Shown: positions 23,401-36,429 of the stretch, piece after piece
How positions within the stretch are numbered: position 1 is the first letter of the stretch
Layout of the letters: every line of letters starts with the position of its first letter
NCBI GenBank assembly: GCA_043228905.1
Contig: JBHGNT010000001.1
Location: forward strand, 18,166,001 to 18,230,000
Direction of reading: 5' to 3'
From: Azolla caroliniana
Taxonomy: Eukaryota; Plantae; Polypodiophyta
DNA: 64,000 bases
The notes under the pieces: model-generated
What the model was told of the DNA's origin: nothing
What the model saw: only the letters and a program-made list of their open reading frames with translations
The model's database searches: none
Translations under genes and position numbers: made by a program

Positions 23401-25863
23401 TCAGCGAGCGACAGCGAGGATACGCCCAGGTTAAACGCGAACTCTGGGGTATCGTTTCGGCGGTGAAGGCCGATAAAGACTATATGATCGGGACAGAAGT
23501 GATCATCGAGACGGACTGCCTGCCGATTCTCGGCATGGTTTCCGGATGCGCAACCCCAGACCTAGCAATGCTCAGGTGGATAGCGTACATCAAGTCCCTG
23601 TGCCCGGAAATACGACACATTTCCGGGAAAGACAATGCCATGGCCGACATGCTTTCGAGGGCGCAATTCGACGACGAGGGCGGCATGGTTTCGGAGGACG
23701 AGGAAGTTGGCGTGGACTTCTTCGAGGCGGCTTACGTAACAACCGAGGGGGGGAGCACTCCGGCGCTTAACGATTTCAACGAGAGCAAGTATGACGGGGA
23801 GTGGCTGCAGATTGGGGGATTCTTAAGGACGATGACGTCGGACGCGTCATGGACAAAGGACGAGGCCAAGCGGATCCGGAAGAAAGCGTACCGATTCTTT
23901 CTCTGGGACGGATACTTGTGGAAGCACCCGAAGAAGAGAAACGACATCCCGCTCCGAGTAGTGGAGATGAAGGAGGAACAGGAGGAGTTGCTGAAGGCCT
24001 ACCACGACAGCCCCAGGGCTGGACACCGTGGGACGTGGGCCACGTTCGAGAAACTAAAGGGGAAGTACTGGTGGCCGGGACTGTATTGGGACGTACATCG
24101 GTTCGTGACAACTTGTGAGAGCTGTCAGATGCACTCCATAGTCCGACATCGGGACGAGCTTCACCCTACATACCCTCCGGCCATCCACTTCAAATGGATG
24201 GTAGATTTGGTGACGATGCCGATGGACGTAGGGCAGATGCGATATCTGGTGCTGGCCCGGGAGGACCTGACGAACCAGGTGGAAGGCCGAGCCCTGCAGA
24301 ACAAAACGACCGCGGTCGTGTGTCGGTTCCTGATCGAGGACGTGATATGCCGGTACGGGTGCGTCGGGAAGATCGTGGTTGACCGCGGGGAGTTGGATGC
24401 CGAAGAGGCCGAGGAGCTGTTCGACCGGTTAGGGGTCAAGCTCTCGCTCACCACAACGTACAATCCGGAGGCGAATGGGAAGGTGGAGCGCGGACACGGA
24501 CCGATCGTCAAAGCGCTAGTCCGGGCATGCGGAGGCCAGGTCGGGAACTGGCCACGACTGTTACCTTATGCCTTGTGGGCGGACCGGACCACGCACAGTT
24601 CGGTGACCGGGTTCATGCCGTCAGAGCTCATGTTCGGACAGAAGCCGATCATGCCGATGGAACAGACGATCTCCTCTTGGGTGACAGTGGACTGGAGAGA
24701 CGAGGAGCCGGGAAGAACTGCTAGCGGCGCGTATACGGCAGCTCGAGCGGAGGCCAAGGGACGTGGAACAAGCGGCGGAGAGACTTCGGGTGTCGAGGAT
24801 GAGGAACAAAGCCTGGTTCGACCGAACGCACCGGCTCCGACCAAAGAAAATCGAGGAAGGCGACTGGGTGCTAGTCTACGACAGCAGCCTCGACAACCAG
24901 CACCGGGCAACACGGAAGTTTGCAAAGCGGTGGTTCGGGCCTTACGTGGTAACGAGCGCCAACGACAACGGGACGTATCACCTCGCGGAACTCGACGGTA
25001 CGAGGATGGCGGTACCGGTAGCAGGGAAGCGGATCAAGGCGTTCAAGAAGCGCCACGACGGCGAACCGGATGTAAGAGGCCTGGACAGCGACGACGAACA
25101 GTCCGAAATAGAGGACGAACCGATGAACGAGTAATCGGAACCCGGACCGGTTTTCTCCAAACCAGAACCCAATTTTGGCGCATACCGGTGGATGCGCGGT
25201 TAGGTGGGGGCAGATGTCGTGAAGAAAACCGTCCCTTAGCGCAATCGGTGTATAGCGCTCGCGAACCGGCTCTTCACGCGTGCGCGCCCTCTAATGTATA
25301 TAATAAAGGATTAGGTACAAAGGTATATCCTAGGTAGTTAGATTCGGTAGGTAGGAAGTTAATGAGGGAAGCGGCTCCCTTCTTGGAGCTATAAAAGAGA
25401 GGGAGGCGCAAGGAGAAAGGAATCGTGCATTGAGGAGGACGAAGTGTTGTCGGACTGTAACCGAACGTTTCTCCTCTGTTCATTCTCCATCGCTCTTCTC
25501 TGCAGGATTTCGGGAGGCTCGCGCTGCTTCGAGGAACGCCCGTGTGCTTCCGGCAACACCTCCATCCTATCCCCTTTCGTGCGTAGACGAGCAGGCATCG
25601 GCATCTGTTCGCCGGCCTGTTTGGTTGTAACCGCTCGCGTGCTCTGTTGTTTTGTGTCATTTGTTAATATACAAACATTCGTGTCTCTCTGTCTCTCTGT
25701 CCATTCGTGTTTTCTGCGTTGACGGGCCGTGTCCCTGTGTTTCTTTGCTCATACGTTACCGGTCGTCTCTCTCTTTCTCTTTCCCCTCCTATCACCTGCT
25801 CTTCGGTTCAAGACCCCGGTGGTTCCGCCTCGTTTCTCCACGCACGCGCGTAACAACGCGACA
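20398..25863 (+). mobile_element. Gypsy family B copy 1 (5'-truncated; 3' LTR 25215-25863)
   Basis: Protease LVDHGSEINLM; RT DLYSGYDQ/LPQGGTNS/FLDDIPIKG; RNase H VDTSPTGIG; integrase HRGTW..CESC, NGKVERGH, WFGPY; PPT; LTR TGTCGTG..GCGACA. Confidence 0.93.
21636..21700 (+). promoter_or_regulatory. Predicted -1 ribosomal frameshift signal (G_GAU_UUU plus H-type pseudoknot) between gag-pro and pol
   Basis: Heptamer 21636-21642 is followed by the TAG stop, and pol is in the -1 frame. Spacer 6 nt. Stem GGGCTGTC(21649-56)/GACAGTCC(21672-79). Loop TGGGG(21663-67) can pair with CCCCA(21696-700). Confidence 0.75.
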
Positions 25864-28800
25864 CCGGATGATGTGTGTTCCCAATATCTGTCTTGCCGGC
25901 CCCAAGACTTTCATTGAGAAGGTTCGGTTCAAAGCCTTCTTCAGCATCCGAAGATTGCCTTGGTCTAGTCTGACGATCAGCATATCATCCACATATAGGA
26001 GGAGTATCAAGAAATCTCCTCCATCAAATTTCTTCACAAACACGCAGTGATCGGCCTGCGTCTTTTGGTACCCTTGGTCGTTCATGAAGGAGTCGAACTT
26101 CTTGTACCATTGCCGAGGAGCTTGCTTTAGTCCGTATAGGCTCTTCTTAAGCTGACACACCAGGTGCTCCTTTCCTTTCCTTTCAAATCCTTCCGGTTGA
26201 TGCATGTAGATCTCTTCTTCGAGGTCGCCATGTAGGAATGTCGTCTTGACATCCAGTTGCTCTACCTCGAGGTCCATGCTTGCCGTTATGCCCAATACTA
26301 TCCGGATGGATGTCATCTTTACTACTGGGGCAAAGACCTCATCGAAGTCCACTCATTTCTTATTCTGGAAGCCCTTCACCACGATTCGGGCCCTATACCT
26401 TGGTGGATTTCCGTCATCTCCGGGTTTCAGCTTGTACACCCAATTGTTCCGGAGTGCCCTCTTTTCTTTAGGCAACTCCGTCAATTCATACGTGTGGTTC
26501 TCATGCAGGGAATCCATCTCATCCTACATGGCACTCAACCACTTGCGGCTATGGGTGTCTCTCTTTGTTTCTTCAAAGCTTTCCGGCTCCCGCTCATCGG
26601 TCAGCAACACATGCTCTGCATCCGGAAATCTCCGAGGGGCTCTTCTCTCTCAGACAGGATATCTCCGTTCCTGGTTTCTGACAGCCGATTCCTCCTTTTG
26701 TTACTCATTCGAATCCGATTGGGGATCTTGTCCGGTTCCTATCTCTTCTTCTTCTTCTTCTTCTTCTGTTGGTTCAGTTTCTTGTCCATATCCGGCCAGT
26801 TCATCGAGTGTGATCCAGTTACCAAGTAAATCCTTGTGTCCTCAGGCCGGTTTTCAATGAATGATCCGGAGTTCATCACCTTCTCCAACTCCCAGTCGGC
26901 AATGGTCCTGTCTTCCATGAAGACTATGTCCTGACTCTGGAACACCTTCTTATCGACTAGACCCCACACTCGGTAACCGAACTCATCATCGCCGTTTCCA
27001 AGGAATATGCATGGCGTGGACTTCGGATCCAACTTTGCTCGCTTGTCCTTTGCGACATGCACATATGCGAGACACCCGAACACCTTCAGATGCCGGTAAG
27101 AAACATCTTTACCGGTCCATACTTTCTAAGGTGAGTCTCCTTCTAAGGGTGGTGAGGGTGATCTATTTATCACATAGGTCGCCGTCGTCAGCGCCTCAGC
27201 CCAAAACATCTTGGGTAACTTTGCATGTGCTAGCATGCTCCGAACTCTCTCCATTATGGTTCGGTTCATCCTTTCGGCCAACCCATTTAGTTCTGGCATC
27301 TTTGGCACAGTAAACTCGAGCCAGATTCCCTTCGACAGGCAGTACTCCTCAAACTGCCCCTAGTATTCTCCTCCGTTATCTACCCAAACCGCCTTCAGCT
27401 TCCGGCCGATTTGTCTTTCCACTCTTGCGAGGAGCTCCTTGAAGACAGATAGCACCTGCTCCTTCATCTTCAATGGTGAGACCCACTGCCTCCGGCTTTG
27501 GTCATCTATGAATGTCACGAAGTACTGCGATCCGGCATGTGACTTCGTGTCCACTTGACAGACATCGGTATGCACCAGCTCCAGTGGTGCATTCCGTCTT
27601 ATCGGTAGTCTTGACCGGAAGGAGGTGCAGTTTTGCTTGCCAACCAAGCAGTTGGTGCACTTCTCAAGTTGCATGTCCTTCACCAGAATGAGGTTGTCTT
27701 CGGCAAGACTCTTCATCCCCTTCTCACTTATGTGACACAGTCTTTTCTCCCACAGCTCACCGATAGTGTCGGATGCTACGTTCACTTCTTCTCGGCATAT
27801 CCGGGCATGCATCAAGTATTCCGGGCTCGAGCCACTATCAAGCATCCCTTGCTTAACTTCATAACTCCATTCTGGATGCTACCCGTGTAGCCTTCATCAT
27901 CTAGCTGATCGGCTGATATCAGGTTCAGTCGAACATCTAGAACGTGTCGGACATCCTTCAGTAGCAACTTGCATCTGATTGATGTCGTCAACAACACATC
28001 TCCTATGCTGACAATTCGGCATGTACCTTCATTCCCCATCTGGACACAACCATGATCATCGGTTGTGTAGGATGAGAAGCATTTTCGGTCCGGTGTCAGG
28101 TGGAACGATGCTCCGGAATCGACAACCCATGTTGTCTCGTCACCGACAAGGTTTAACTCATTCTCTTCGGTAATGAGCATCAGTTCTTCTTCACTTGTCG
28201 CGATCTTCAACGTTCCTTTCCGATCCGGGCCTCTCCGATCCAAACTGTTTCGGTCCGAACTCTTCTTCGAATCGGTAGTGCCGGTTTCTTTCTCCTTCCG
28301 GAGGTGCGGACAGTTCTTCTGGAAGTGTCTCGGCTTCCCGCAATAGAAGCACGTGGGCCTCCACCTTGACTTCGACCTTGTCCTCGATTTGTCCCTGTTT
28401 TGGGGACTTCGATACCGGCCTCTTCTCCGGTTGTGGTCATCTTTCGTGACCAAGGCCTTCGAATTGATTCGGGACTCCGAATCCTTCCGGCGAGCTTCTT
28501 CATCTAGCAAGCTTGACTTTACCCTTGCTAGGGACAATTGTTTTCCTTCTGGCCCAGCGTCGCCCAACGTGACAACTAACGTCTCCCTGTTGTCCGGGAG
28601 GGAACCGAGCAGGAGCAATGCAAGTACCTCATCGGCGAGAGGTACTTTCAACGAGGTTGCCTGGTTTATTAGCCCTGGGCAGGCCTTCATGTGCTCCGCC
28701 ATATTGGAGCCATCCTGGTACCAGAGCCTCACTAGCTTCCAGAATACTGAAACCCGATTAACGGCATTCTTGTTCTGGAACATGATGTTGATCTTCTCCC

Positions 28801-31800
28801 AGAGTTCATGAGCCTTGCTCTCTTCATTGAAGTTGTTGCACAAGCTCATGTCAATGAAGCACCGGATGTATGTCGTCATCTTCATGTGCATCACCTCCCA
28901 CACTGTGGCGTCAATCTTATCCGGTCTCTTGTCCCCGAATTGAACCGGCAACCAAAGATCTTTAACCACCAGCATATCCCTCATCTTCGACTTCCAGACT
29001 GAGTAGTTGGAGCCGATGAGCTTGAACATGCTGCCAAACAATTCTTCCATTTCTTGTGTTGTTCTTTGATACCAGTTTGTGGAGAATAGCGCGGAATATC
29101 GCTCAGCCCTAAATGAGTCTTGAATCATAGAAATGGGAATGAACAAGAGAGTACACAGAAATGACACAAGATGTTTACGTGGAAAACCCTAATAGGGAAA
29201 AACCACATGAACCCACGAACTCCAACTATCACTATATGAGAGGAAATACAACGTGAAGGCATAGAGGCCATGACCTCGTGCTCGCGATCTTCGCCAAACA
29301 GCGGTTACAACAAAGAGTGCTCGTAGCTACTCTCTCTCACTCTCTCTCTCTCTCTCTATACAATAGTTATACACATACCACCATATGACAATAATAACTA
29401 TTGAGAGACAAGCTCAACATCGGCTGGATCGGCTGAGCAAGCCGAGGATCGGATTGGTTGGGACCGATTGGTTAGGCCGGACCGGTGCGTAAAACGGATG
29501 CGTAAACCGGTACGCAAACCGGTGCGTAGGAAGGCCGTTAGAAAGATATTCCTCATAAGGAATAGTTTTGGGAGTAAGAGTCGAGGCTCATTTATGAGTA
29601 GTCACTTCCTGTCAGTACTTGTGTCAGCCCGATTGTCCGGGCTTGTATAAAAGTGCTCACTGAGCACATCCTATGTACAGATTGAGTATTATCTTCTTGA
29701 ATTAAGTTCTGTGTTTACTCTCTCTCTGTGTCTCCCATGCATACTGTGCAAACCTAAGCTTTCCATTAAACCTGCATTTTCTGTTGTTCAGTTTTCTATA
29801 TTGCTTCCGCACGCAATTCTTTTCATGGTATCAAGGCGCGAGGGTTGAGAACCTCTGCAGTCGACTTTGCTTGAAGGGAAAACCAACGAAGAAGAACAAG
29901 AAAACTGATGGAAAGAGGAATGGTTAGCTCTCTTCCGATGGAGAAGCTCGACAGAAACAACTACGCGTCTTGGTCTTACAAGATGCACCAGTACCTGCTC
30001 GGACATGGTTACTGGAGCTATGTCGACGTTCGGGGCGTTCCGAACTACTGTGTGTACCTGGGAGAATACGCCGTCGTTTTTTGACTTACAGTGGATGCTC
30101 CTTATAGAGGAGAACCACGCGGGTGTGTTGATAAGCACGCATGCCGACAGCAAGATGTTGTACACGAAGGGAGAGAGGCCCCGTGGTCGTGGCAGATGAG
30201 GCGAGTCGGTACGCAATGGAGGCGGCCAACGGGATCAAGGAAGAAGGCACCGAAGTGATGCCGACAGCAACTTCGGACCCTCCGAAAACAGGGGGAGTCG
30301 AGGCGACGAGAACCGGCAAGGGAAATCTGCCGCGAAAAGTTGGTACTGTGGCAAGAAAGGCCACAGGAAAGCGAGTGCTAGAAAAAGCGCGCCGAGTCGG
30401 AGAGGACCGGTTCCGAATCTGGTTCCAGACATACTGACAAAGGAAACCGGCAACGATCGCACTACGTCAAAGGATCCGAAGAAGCCGGAAAAGGGCCAGT
30501 CTTCGTGACGAGACACGAAGCAAACTCAATGAAGCAGTCCACCCCGAAATCGGGCGATGTGTGGTACGTCGACTCCGGCGCGTCAAACCACATGACGTGC
30601 CACGAGGAGTGGTTCTCCTGTCTTGAGAAACCGACGCAACCAGGAGTAGTCGCAACCGGAGACGACACTCCGCATCCGATCGCGAATGTCAGTGAAGTTC
30701 CCTTGAGCCATGTCGGGCAGAAAGGGAAATTTATGAACATGTTACACGTCCCGACCATCACGAAGAATCTGGTGTCAGTCGGGCAAATCGTCGACTAGGG
30801 GATGTAGGTTCAGTTTACACACCTTGGGTGCTTCATTGAGGAAGAAGGCCATATAATTGCGCAAGGGCACAAAGATGGGAGGATGTTCATCCTCGACTCT
30901 ACTGACGGTGGCACTGCAATGTTTGCGAAGGGACAAAAAATCGAGTCGGACATCAACTTATGGCACAAGCGGATAGGCCATGTCAACTACCAGTGGCTTC
31001 AAGACCTGCAATCGAAACAAGTGGTGTTCAGATTGCCCAGATTTAGTGGCCGGAAGGCACAAATTTGTGAAGGCTGCCAGCTTGGGAAGCAACACCGACT
31101 TCCCTTCCCCAACGAGTGTAACCGGAGCCGGAACAAGCTCGACTTGATACACTCCGATGTGTGGGGGCCAGCACAAAACGTTAGTCTTGGCGGGAGCTGA
31201 TATTTCGTCTCCTTCATCGACGACTACATGCGACACACATGGATCTAGATCATCGAGAGGAAGAGCGAAGTCTTCCACTGTTTCCGGGACCTCAAAGGGT
31301 TCGTGGAAATGGAAACAGGAAAAAAGATCAAGTGCCTGCGGTCGGATGGCGGAAAAGAATACTTTTCTGGTCAATTCAACGATTATCTACAACAGATGGG
31401 AATTCGGCGCGAATTCAGTTGTAGATACACGCTTGAGCAAAACGGCGTGGCCGAGAGGAAAAATTGGTCGGTTGTGGAAGCGACATGGGCAATGCTGGAA
31501 GAGAAGAGCTTGCCCAAGTTCTACTGGGCCGAGGCGGTAAGGACCACGGTACACATCCAGAATCGGATCGGAGATAAAGTGTCGGCGCATGAGCTATATT
31601 TTGGAACAAAGCCGAACTTGCGACACTTACGAGTTTTCGGTAGCATTGCGTATGTGCATGTGCCGAAGGAGAAAAGGAGGAAGTTGGACGCGAAAGCCGA
31701 GAAGTGTATCTTGGTTGGCTATTCGGACGAGCAAAAGGGTTATAAGTGCTATAACCCGCGTACCAAACAAGTGCGCGTGAGCCGCGACGTTGTGTTTGAT

Positions 31801-34684
31801 GAGTCATCATCCTGGTACCTGCCTCCGACTCCGGACCTCACCTCCAATCCGAGTTTTGACTATGAGGACAGCGAGGCTGAGGTGCCTCCGGCTGAGCCTG
31901 AAGTCAGGACCCCCGAAGAGAGTCCGATTTCGTTTCGGTTAAGTGGACTGAATGGACAACTGAGTCATTTTGACCCGTGTAGCGAAAGTGCGTGAGTTGG
32001 AGAGCTACGCAGAAGCGGCTCAGGACGCGAATTGGCGCGCCGCAATGGAGGAAGAGATGCACGCATTAGCGGAAAACGAGACCTGGGACCTGGTTGACGC
32101 ACCGAAGGGTGTGAAGCCGATTGGATGTAGGTGGGTGTACAAGGTCAAGTACAACACTGACGACTCAGTCAACCGATACAAGGCCCGGTTAGTAGCAAAA
32201 GGCTACGCGCAGAAACACGGGATAGACTACGATGAGACGTTTGCGCCAGTCGCGAAGATGATGACCGTCCGTGTTTTGCTCGCAGTAGCCGCGGACAAGG
32301 GGTGGCACTTACATCAGATGGATGTAAAGAATGCGTTCCTGCAAGGTGAGCTTGAGGAACAAGTGTACATGGTACAACCCCCTGGATTTCAGTCCGGAAC
32401 GAACACGTCGGTAGTGTGCCGATTGAAGAAGTCCCTTTACGGCCTGAAGCAAGCTCTGCGTGCCTCGAACGCGAAGATCACGCATCGATTGCGTCGGATG
32501 GGCTTTGCGACGTCAAAATCGGATTCCTCACTATTCGTTCGGAAAGGTCGACTGGGGCCGGTCAGTATTTTACTCTATGTTGATGACTTGGTCATCACCG
32601 GCGCCGACCTAGGAGAAATCAACCGCGTGAAGCTCCAACTTGCGGCATCGTTCGACATGAAGGATTTGGGGGATCTTCATTACTTCCTCCGGATCGAAGT
32701 GATCCATACCCCCGAAGGCATATTGATCAGCCAACGCCATTACACATTGTATATGGTCTTCAAATTCGGGATGGCAGACTGTAAATCCGTCTCGACTCCT
32801 TTTGATAGAACCATCAAGCTTCGCCCCAATTCCGGAAAGGTGTGCAACCCGACGAGGTTTCGACAAATTGTCGGAAGCCTTATTTACTTGACAATCACCC
32901 GACCCGATCTCAGTTATCCGGTCGGGGTGATCAGTTAGTTTATGGCACGACCTACTGAGGAGCACCTTCAGTGTGCGCAACGCGTACTGCGGTACGTAAG
33001 CGGCACTACGGACCGGGGACTGCTATATCGGACCGGTACAGCCTCACAGTTGGTCGGCTACACCGATGCTAATTGGGCTGGCAACGCCGCCGATCGCCGA
33101 TCCACGTCCGAATACGCATTCTCCCTTGGGAGTGCCGTGATAGCATGGAGCAGTAAGAAGTAGCCAAAAGTTGCACTATCGAGCACTGAAGCTGAGTATA
33201 GAGGAGCGACTGTCGCAGCATGCGAAGCCATATGCTTGAAGCGGCTACTTAAGGACCTCCAAGAGGAGGTGTCCGATCCGACGACGATCTACTGCAACAA
33301 CCTTAGCAGCATCCAGCTCACAAAGAACCCCGTTTTCCACGCACGGACCAAACACATTGAGGTGCACTACCATTTTGTCTGTGAGCGTGTCCTTTCTAGT
33401 GAAGTCGAACTTCAGTATGTTCCGACGGATCGGCAAACTACTGACATCTTCACCAAGCCCCTTGGTCTGGACAAGTTGCGGCAATTCTCGGGTGCGCTTG
33501 GATTGCATCACCTCGACGTGCCAAACTTGAGGGGGAGAGGTGTCCCGAATGACCATGGAAGGAAGCAGGAAAGGAGCAGAGAAGACCGCGACGCTGAGTC
33601 AGATGACGAATTCGATTTCGGATCGGCTGAAGAAGCCGAGGGCGGATCCACGGAAGAGTCCGAAAGCGGACATAAGGGGAGCAGCCGGAAGAAAGAGCCA
33701 AAGCCAACCAAGCATGGGGGAGATGATGCCGTCAAGGGCGAGAAGACCGAAGACGAGTTGGAGACAGCCAACTCGGACGAGAGCGAAAACCGATCGAAGG
33801 TAGCTGAGTCGGTTCGAGTGTTTGATTCGGATACACTGAATCAATCGAGGGCCAAGCGGAAAAGAAGGCAGTAGGAGAAGCGCCAACACTGCAACAACAA
33901 GGGAGCTGTGAAGAGCCGTACAGACTGGAAGGGTCGAAGCCCACAGAGTCAAACAGGCCGAGGAGCACGAGCAAGGCGTGGAGCCAGGAGGAACCAGAGC
34001 GATGATCCCAAAGATCCCGAAGATCCCGAAGATCCCGAAGAGACTCAAGTTGAGCTTGAGGGGGAGTGTTGAGAGACAAGCTCAACATCGGCCGGATCGG
34101 CTGAGCAAGCCGAGGACCGGATTGGTTGGAACCGATCGGTTAGGCCGGACCGGTGCGTAAAACGGATGCGTAAACCGGTACGCAAACCGGTGCGTAGGAA
34201 GGCCGTTAGAAAGATATTCCTCATAAGGAATAGTTTTGGGAGTAAGAGTCGAGGCTCATTTATGAGCAGTCAAGTACTATCAGTACTTGTGTCAGCCCGA
34301 TTGTCAGGGCTTCTATAAAAGTGCTCACTAAGCACATCCTATGTACAGATTGAGTATTATCTTCTTGAATTAAGTTCTGTGTTTAGTCTTTCTCTGTCTC
34401 TCCCGTGCGTACTGTGCAAACCTAAGCTTTGCATTAAATCTGCGTTTTCTGTTGTTCAGTTTTCTATATTGCTTCCGCACGCAATTCTTTTCAACAACTA
34501 ACAACCTTACAAAGTGATTTCCCTAAGTCATATTTATAGTTATATAAACTTAGGGCTATTTACAAATATAGCCTCAATAGGCTTACTCAAAACATATTTA
34601 TTGATATGTCTTCTCTCTTCTAGTTCTCACCGGGTCCTCTTTATTCATCACCGGATCCCATCTGGAGAGACCGATTTCCCAATA
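25864..34684 (-). mobile_element. Copia element D (Tnt1/Tork-like), RT truncated at B1; 5' LTR split by Copia E
   Basis: Gag-PR ORF 27812-29167 (CFYCGKPRHFQKNC, WVVDSGASFH), integrase (VHTDVC, DNGGEY, NGLAERMNR), RT FDEVFAPVVKMTSIR/LYVDDM. PBS rc near 29061-29074. LTR halves at 29078-29398 and 34494-34684. Confidence 0.88.
29399..34493 (+). mobile_element. Copia element E, two LTRs (29399-29825, 34067-34493), gag deletion and several stops
   Basis: Near-identical LTRs, PBS TGGTATCAAGGC at 29826, domain order PR-IN-RT-RH, PPT 34055-34066, TSD ATAAC/ACAAC. Confidence 0.95.
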
Positions 34685-34775
34685 GTTAAATCCCTCCTCT
34701 CTCCTTACCCCTCTTTTTAATTTTTAACTATGGTTTTAATCTCGTTTTTAGCTTTAATCTTAGACTTAATTATGT

Positions 34776-34779
<4 letters not shown>

Positions 34780-34868
<89 letters not shown>

Positions 34869-34872
34869 ACAC
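34780..34872. repeat. Compound (TC)n(AC)n microsatellite
   Basis: Directly visible dinucleotide tracts. Confidence 0.95.
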
Positions 34873-35352
34873 AACTCTCCCCTTACCTTGTTTTTAGGTT
34901 TATGTTTCTAGATTTATGATTATGTTTTAGTTTTTGGATTATGTTATTTTTTTCTTATTATGTTTATGTGGTAATCGTTTCCATTAGTGTTTATGTTTAG
35001 GCTTAGTATGTTAATCCTCTCCCCTTCCCTTACGCCTTGTCTTTAAATTTTAATTATGTCTTTAATCTCGTTTTTTTATTTTTAATCCTAGGCTTAATTA
35101 AGTGTTAATCTCCCTCCTTCCCTCCCTCTCTCTCTCTCTTGCACTTTATTTTTAATTAGTATGTTAATCCCCTCCCTTTACCCCTCTCTTTTATCCAACC
35201 CCCTATTCCTAATCATGTCATCTCCCTCTCCCCTTCCTCTACCTCATCTTTGATTCGGGTGCGCTCAAATCGAGCTTGGTGTTCCTCTTCGCGTACCTCT
35301 ACTCGCCGATGATCCATTATTCCACACTCCTTGTTACACCCGCAAGGTCATC

Positions 35353-35417
35353 AACCCTAAACTCTAAACCCTAATCCCTAAAACCTACACCCCTCCTACA
35401 CCCCTAAACCCTAAACC
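35353..35417. repeat. Degenerate interstitial telomere-like (AAACCCT) motifs / telo-boxes
   Basis: Several AACCCTA variants here, with TAGGGTTT copies also near 36140-36280. Confidence 0.6.
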
Positions 35418-36429
35418 TCTGTTACATCTAGGCTCTACCCACCGATGATCTACCATTCCACACTCCTTGTCACGACCGTATGGTCAACATAGAACATCCA
35501 AGGTGAATGCGATCCAGGACATGAAAGAGGAATACGTATGGGTAAAAGCATGTGAGTGGAAACACTATTATAGATAATTAGCTACTAAAATGGCCACAAC
35601 TAATTAGCTATTTGTTGAGGTAGTTTTTTGTGGGAAAATCATAAGGATAGTTTACGAAATTTTATGTTTTATTAGCTAAGTACATGTCATTTAAATACAT
35701 GTCATTTAATTTATGAGAATACTCAAATATTTGAACTTTGGTTTCTGACGTAGTGGAACATGGGGGATACTGCCATCATGTAAGGTCGACTTGAATGTCA
35801 TCAAATTCTTGATAATCCTAAGTTCGAGTTCGAACTCCAAACAGATGGAGTACTCTGAGTATGAATGCAAACGAAGCCCCCGCAACAGCACAAAAACTCT
35901 AAGATCGACATTGCACCTTCAGAACTACAACACACGAGCAAGTCGATATTAAAAAAACTTTTTTTTTCCTTTCTGATAACTGTTTGTAACTTTGGTGCCT
36001 GATCATCTTTCCCAAAAATCGATTAGGGTGAAGTCGTTGGAGTCCCAAACAAGGATGTCTCGAAGATCGGGGTGTAGTAGCAGGTGTGTTTCTGATTGAC
36101 AGAATTTCGTAGTACGGTTGATTTCTGCCTTTAGTGATGATTAGGGTTTGTGTTTCCCTTAAGTGGTTTAGGGTTTCAGATTACAAGTTTCTGGTTACAA
36201 ATTTCTAATTACAAATTTTTGATTATTGTCGCAATCTGTTGTAATTTTGCACCAATTCTCATGAAAAATTCTGATTAGGGTTTCTGATTTTTTAAGTGGT
36301 TGATTGCTGATACATGTTGAAAAGGACAGATTACAAATTTCAGATTACTGTCTCAAAGTGTTGTAAATTTGCACCAAATTCACATTAAAAATTCTGTTTT
36401 TGCACCAATTCTGATTACTGATTTTCTAT

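Noticed and set aside
35353-35417. True telomere or chromosome fusion site
   Set aside because: Only a few degenerate units are present, with no long perfect array.
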